Shown here piece by piece: positions 62,158 to 64,000 of a stretch of DNA of 64,000 nt. The stretch comes from Thelocarpon superellum (lineage: Eukaryota), in assembly GCA_026025795.1 (NCBI GenBank), contig JAPEUG010000015.1, positions 1 to 64,000 on the forward strand. The letters are read 5' to 3'. The notes beneath the pieces were generated by a model. The model did no database searches. It was not told the DNA's origin and saw only the letters and a list, made by a program, of their open reading frames with translations. How positions within the stretch are numbered: position 1 is the first letter of the stretch; every line of letters starts with the position of its first letter. A program made the position numbers and the translations under genes.

Positions 62158-64000
62158 ATGGTTGCGTCAACAGGTGGGACGTCGGCCTCGGCTGGCGTGG
62201 CTCTCGAGCACAGTGGTGCCGGACGGGAAACGCCCTCTCCCACGCCGTCGAAGAGCAAGACCGAGTTGCCCGACTTTCATCCCGGATGGCGCTTCATCGT
62301 CGCCTTCTCCACGTTGTCCGTCATCACGCTCGCGGCGGCGCTGGATGCTACGTCCCTGAGCGTGGCTCTTCCTGTAGGCACAGACTGAGTAAGGCTGCGG
62401 TGGTGGATACTGATCAGTGTGCAGATCATCTCCAGAGCTCTCAACGGCACTGCCATTGAAGCGTTCTGGTCCGGCACATCGTTTCTTCTCACGTCCACCG
62501 TTTTGCAACCCAGCTTTGCATCGTTTTCCCACATCTTCGGACGAAAACCCGTGATCCTCACGGCCATCGTCTTGTTCGCAGTCGGCGCCATCATCGCCGC
62601 CTTGGCCAATAACTTTGGCGTGCTGTTGGTCGGTCGATCCCTGCAGGGAATTGGCGGCGGAGGCATCATCGTCTTGACGGACGTCATCGTCACGGACCTG
62701 ATCCCCCTGCGGCTCCGGGGCCAATGGTTCGGGTTCATCAGCATGATGTGGGCCATCGGCAGCGTCAGCGGTCCCATCATCGGCGGAGCCTTTGCGCAGA
62801 ACGTCAGCTGGGTAGGATCACACCCGACTCACGAGCGGGGCAAGCATTTCCGCTGACCACAAGACAGCGGTGGATCTTCTGGATCAATCTGCCGCTGTGC
62901 GGAATCGGATTTCTGATGATCCCCCCTTTCCTCCGTCTGAACTTCAAAGTCACGTCCTTGTCCGAGAAGCTCCGACGCGTAGACTGGTTCGGTTCAGTCC
63001 TGTTCGTTGCATCTGCGACCAGCTTCATGATCCCAATCACATGGGTACGTATCCCTACCCATTTAATCCTGGATCCTGATGGAAAGCACATGGCTAACTT
63101 GCCCCAGGGAGGCGTGATCTATTCATGGAGCTCCTTCCGGACCCTTGTCCCGCTCATCCTCGGCGGAGCCGGTCTGGTCGGCTTCATGTTCTATGAGGTC
63201 TACGTCGCCACAGAACCCATGATCCGGCCGCGGCTCTTCCGCAACCCGACGACGTCAATCGCGTATTTCGAGACCCTGCTCCACGGGATGATAGTAAGCT
63301 CGCCTTCCCATCCCCCTTCTCGAGCCACCACTCTTGCTAACCCACCTCCTCTCCCAGCTGTGGTGTCTGCTGTACTACCTCCCACTATACTACGAAGCTG
63401 TGAAGCACCTCTCGCCAATCCTCTCCGGCGTCGCGCTCTTCCCCCAGACCTTCACCGTTGCGCCGGCATCCGTCATCGTCGGTATAATCGTCAGCAGGAC
63501 CGGCCACTATCGATGGTCGCTGTGGTCCGGATGGGTACTGACGTGCGGCGGGATGGGACTTCTGTACCTGCTGGACGTCAACACATCCACCGTGTCCTGG
63601 ATATTCCTCAACCTCGTCGCGGGCCTCGGCACGGGCATCCTGTTCCCCAGCATGGCCTTCAGCATTCAGGCGTCGGTGCCGACCAAGGACGTCGCGTTCG
63701 CCGTGGCGCTCTTCTCCTTCTTCCGCGCCTTTGGTCAGAGCATCGGCGTCGCCGTCGGCGGCACCATCTTCCAGAATGAAATGCGCCGCAAGCTGCTCAC
63801 GCACCCGATCCTGGCGGGTGATGCGGATCAGTATGCTACCGACGCCGCGAGTCTCGTCCAGGTCATCAATCAGATGGATGTCGCGAATCCCCAGCGCACG
63901 CCCCTGGTGCAGTCTTATGCCGACGCCCTCAAGACCGTCTGGCTCGTCATGTGCGCCCTTGCGGCCGTGGCGCTCCTCACCAGCTTCTTCGTGAAGAGCT
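62158..64000 (+). CDS. MFS drug:H+ antiporter-like transporter (14-TM type), spliced, truncated by the window end
   Basis: AAALDAT, SHIFGRKP, GRSLQGIGGGG, DLIPLRLRG, GPIIGGAF, W|RWIFWINLP, FFRAFGQSIGVAVGGTIFQN. Confidence 0.9.

Overview
GC-rich, gene-dense, intron-rich eukaryotic DNA from a filamentous ascomycete (Pezizomycotina; inferred from GT-AG introns of about 50-70 nt with CTRAC branch points and fungal-specific genes). I reconstructed 23 protein-coding genes by hand: glycogenin, a Zn2Cys6 factor, GtaA-like glutaminase, Ark1/Prk1 kinase, MOT1, a PFF1-like M28 protease, MED10, MED31, an ankyrin protein, NSE3, three small secreted-protein genes, SPP1, a nucleoside hydrolase, a GST, BBP/SF1, a GH5 endoglucanase, EFR3, TEF1, SEC39, NDUFS5 and a truncated MFS transporter. 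I saw no rRNA, tRNA, transposon or CRISPR. The most interesting region is a 3 kb island (32.0-34.9 kb) between NSE3 and SPP1. It holds three co-oriented, intronless secreted-peptide genes: a Kex2-processed tandem-repeat precursor (KEP) and two divergent proteins sharing a C-x7-C-x5-C-x10/12-C scaffold. Second is a 206-nt intron in the KH domain of BBP/SF1 that is packed with branch-point motifs, a candidate autoregulatory element. Exon boundaries were read by eye and no database searches were run.
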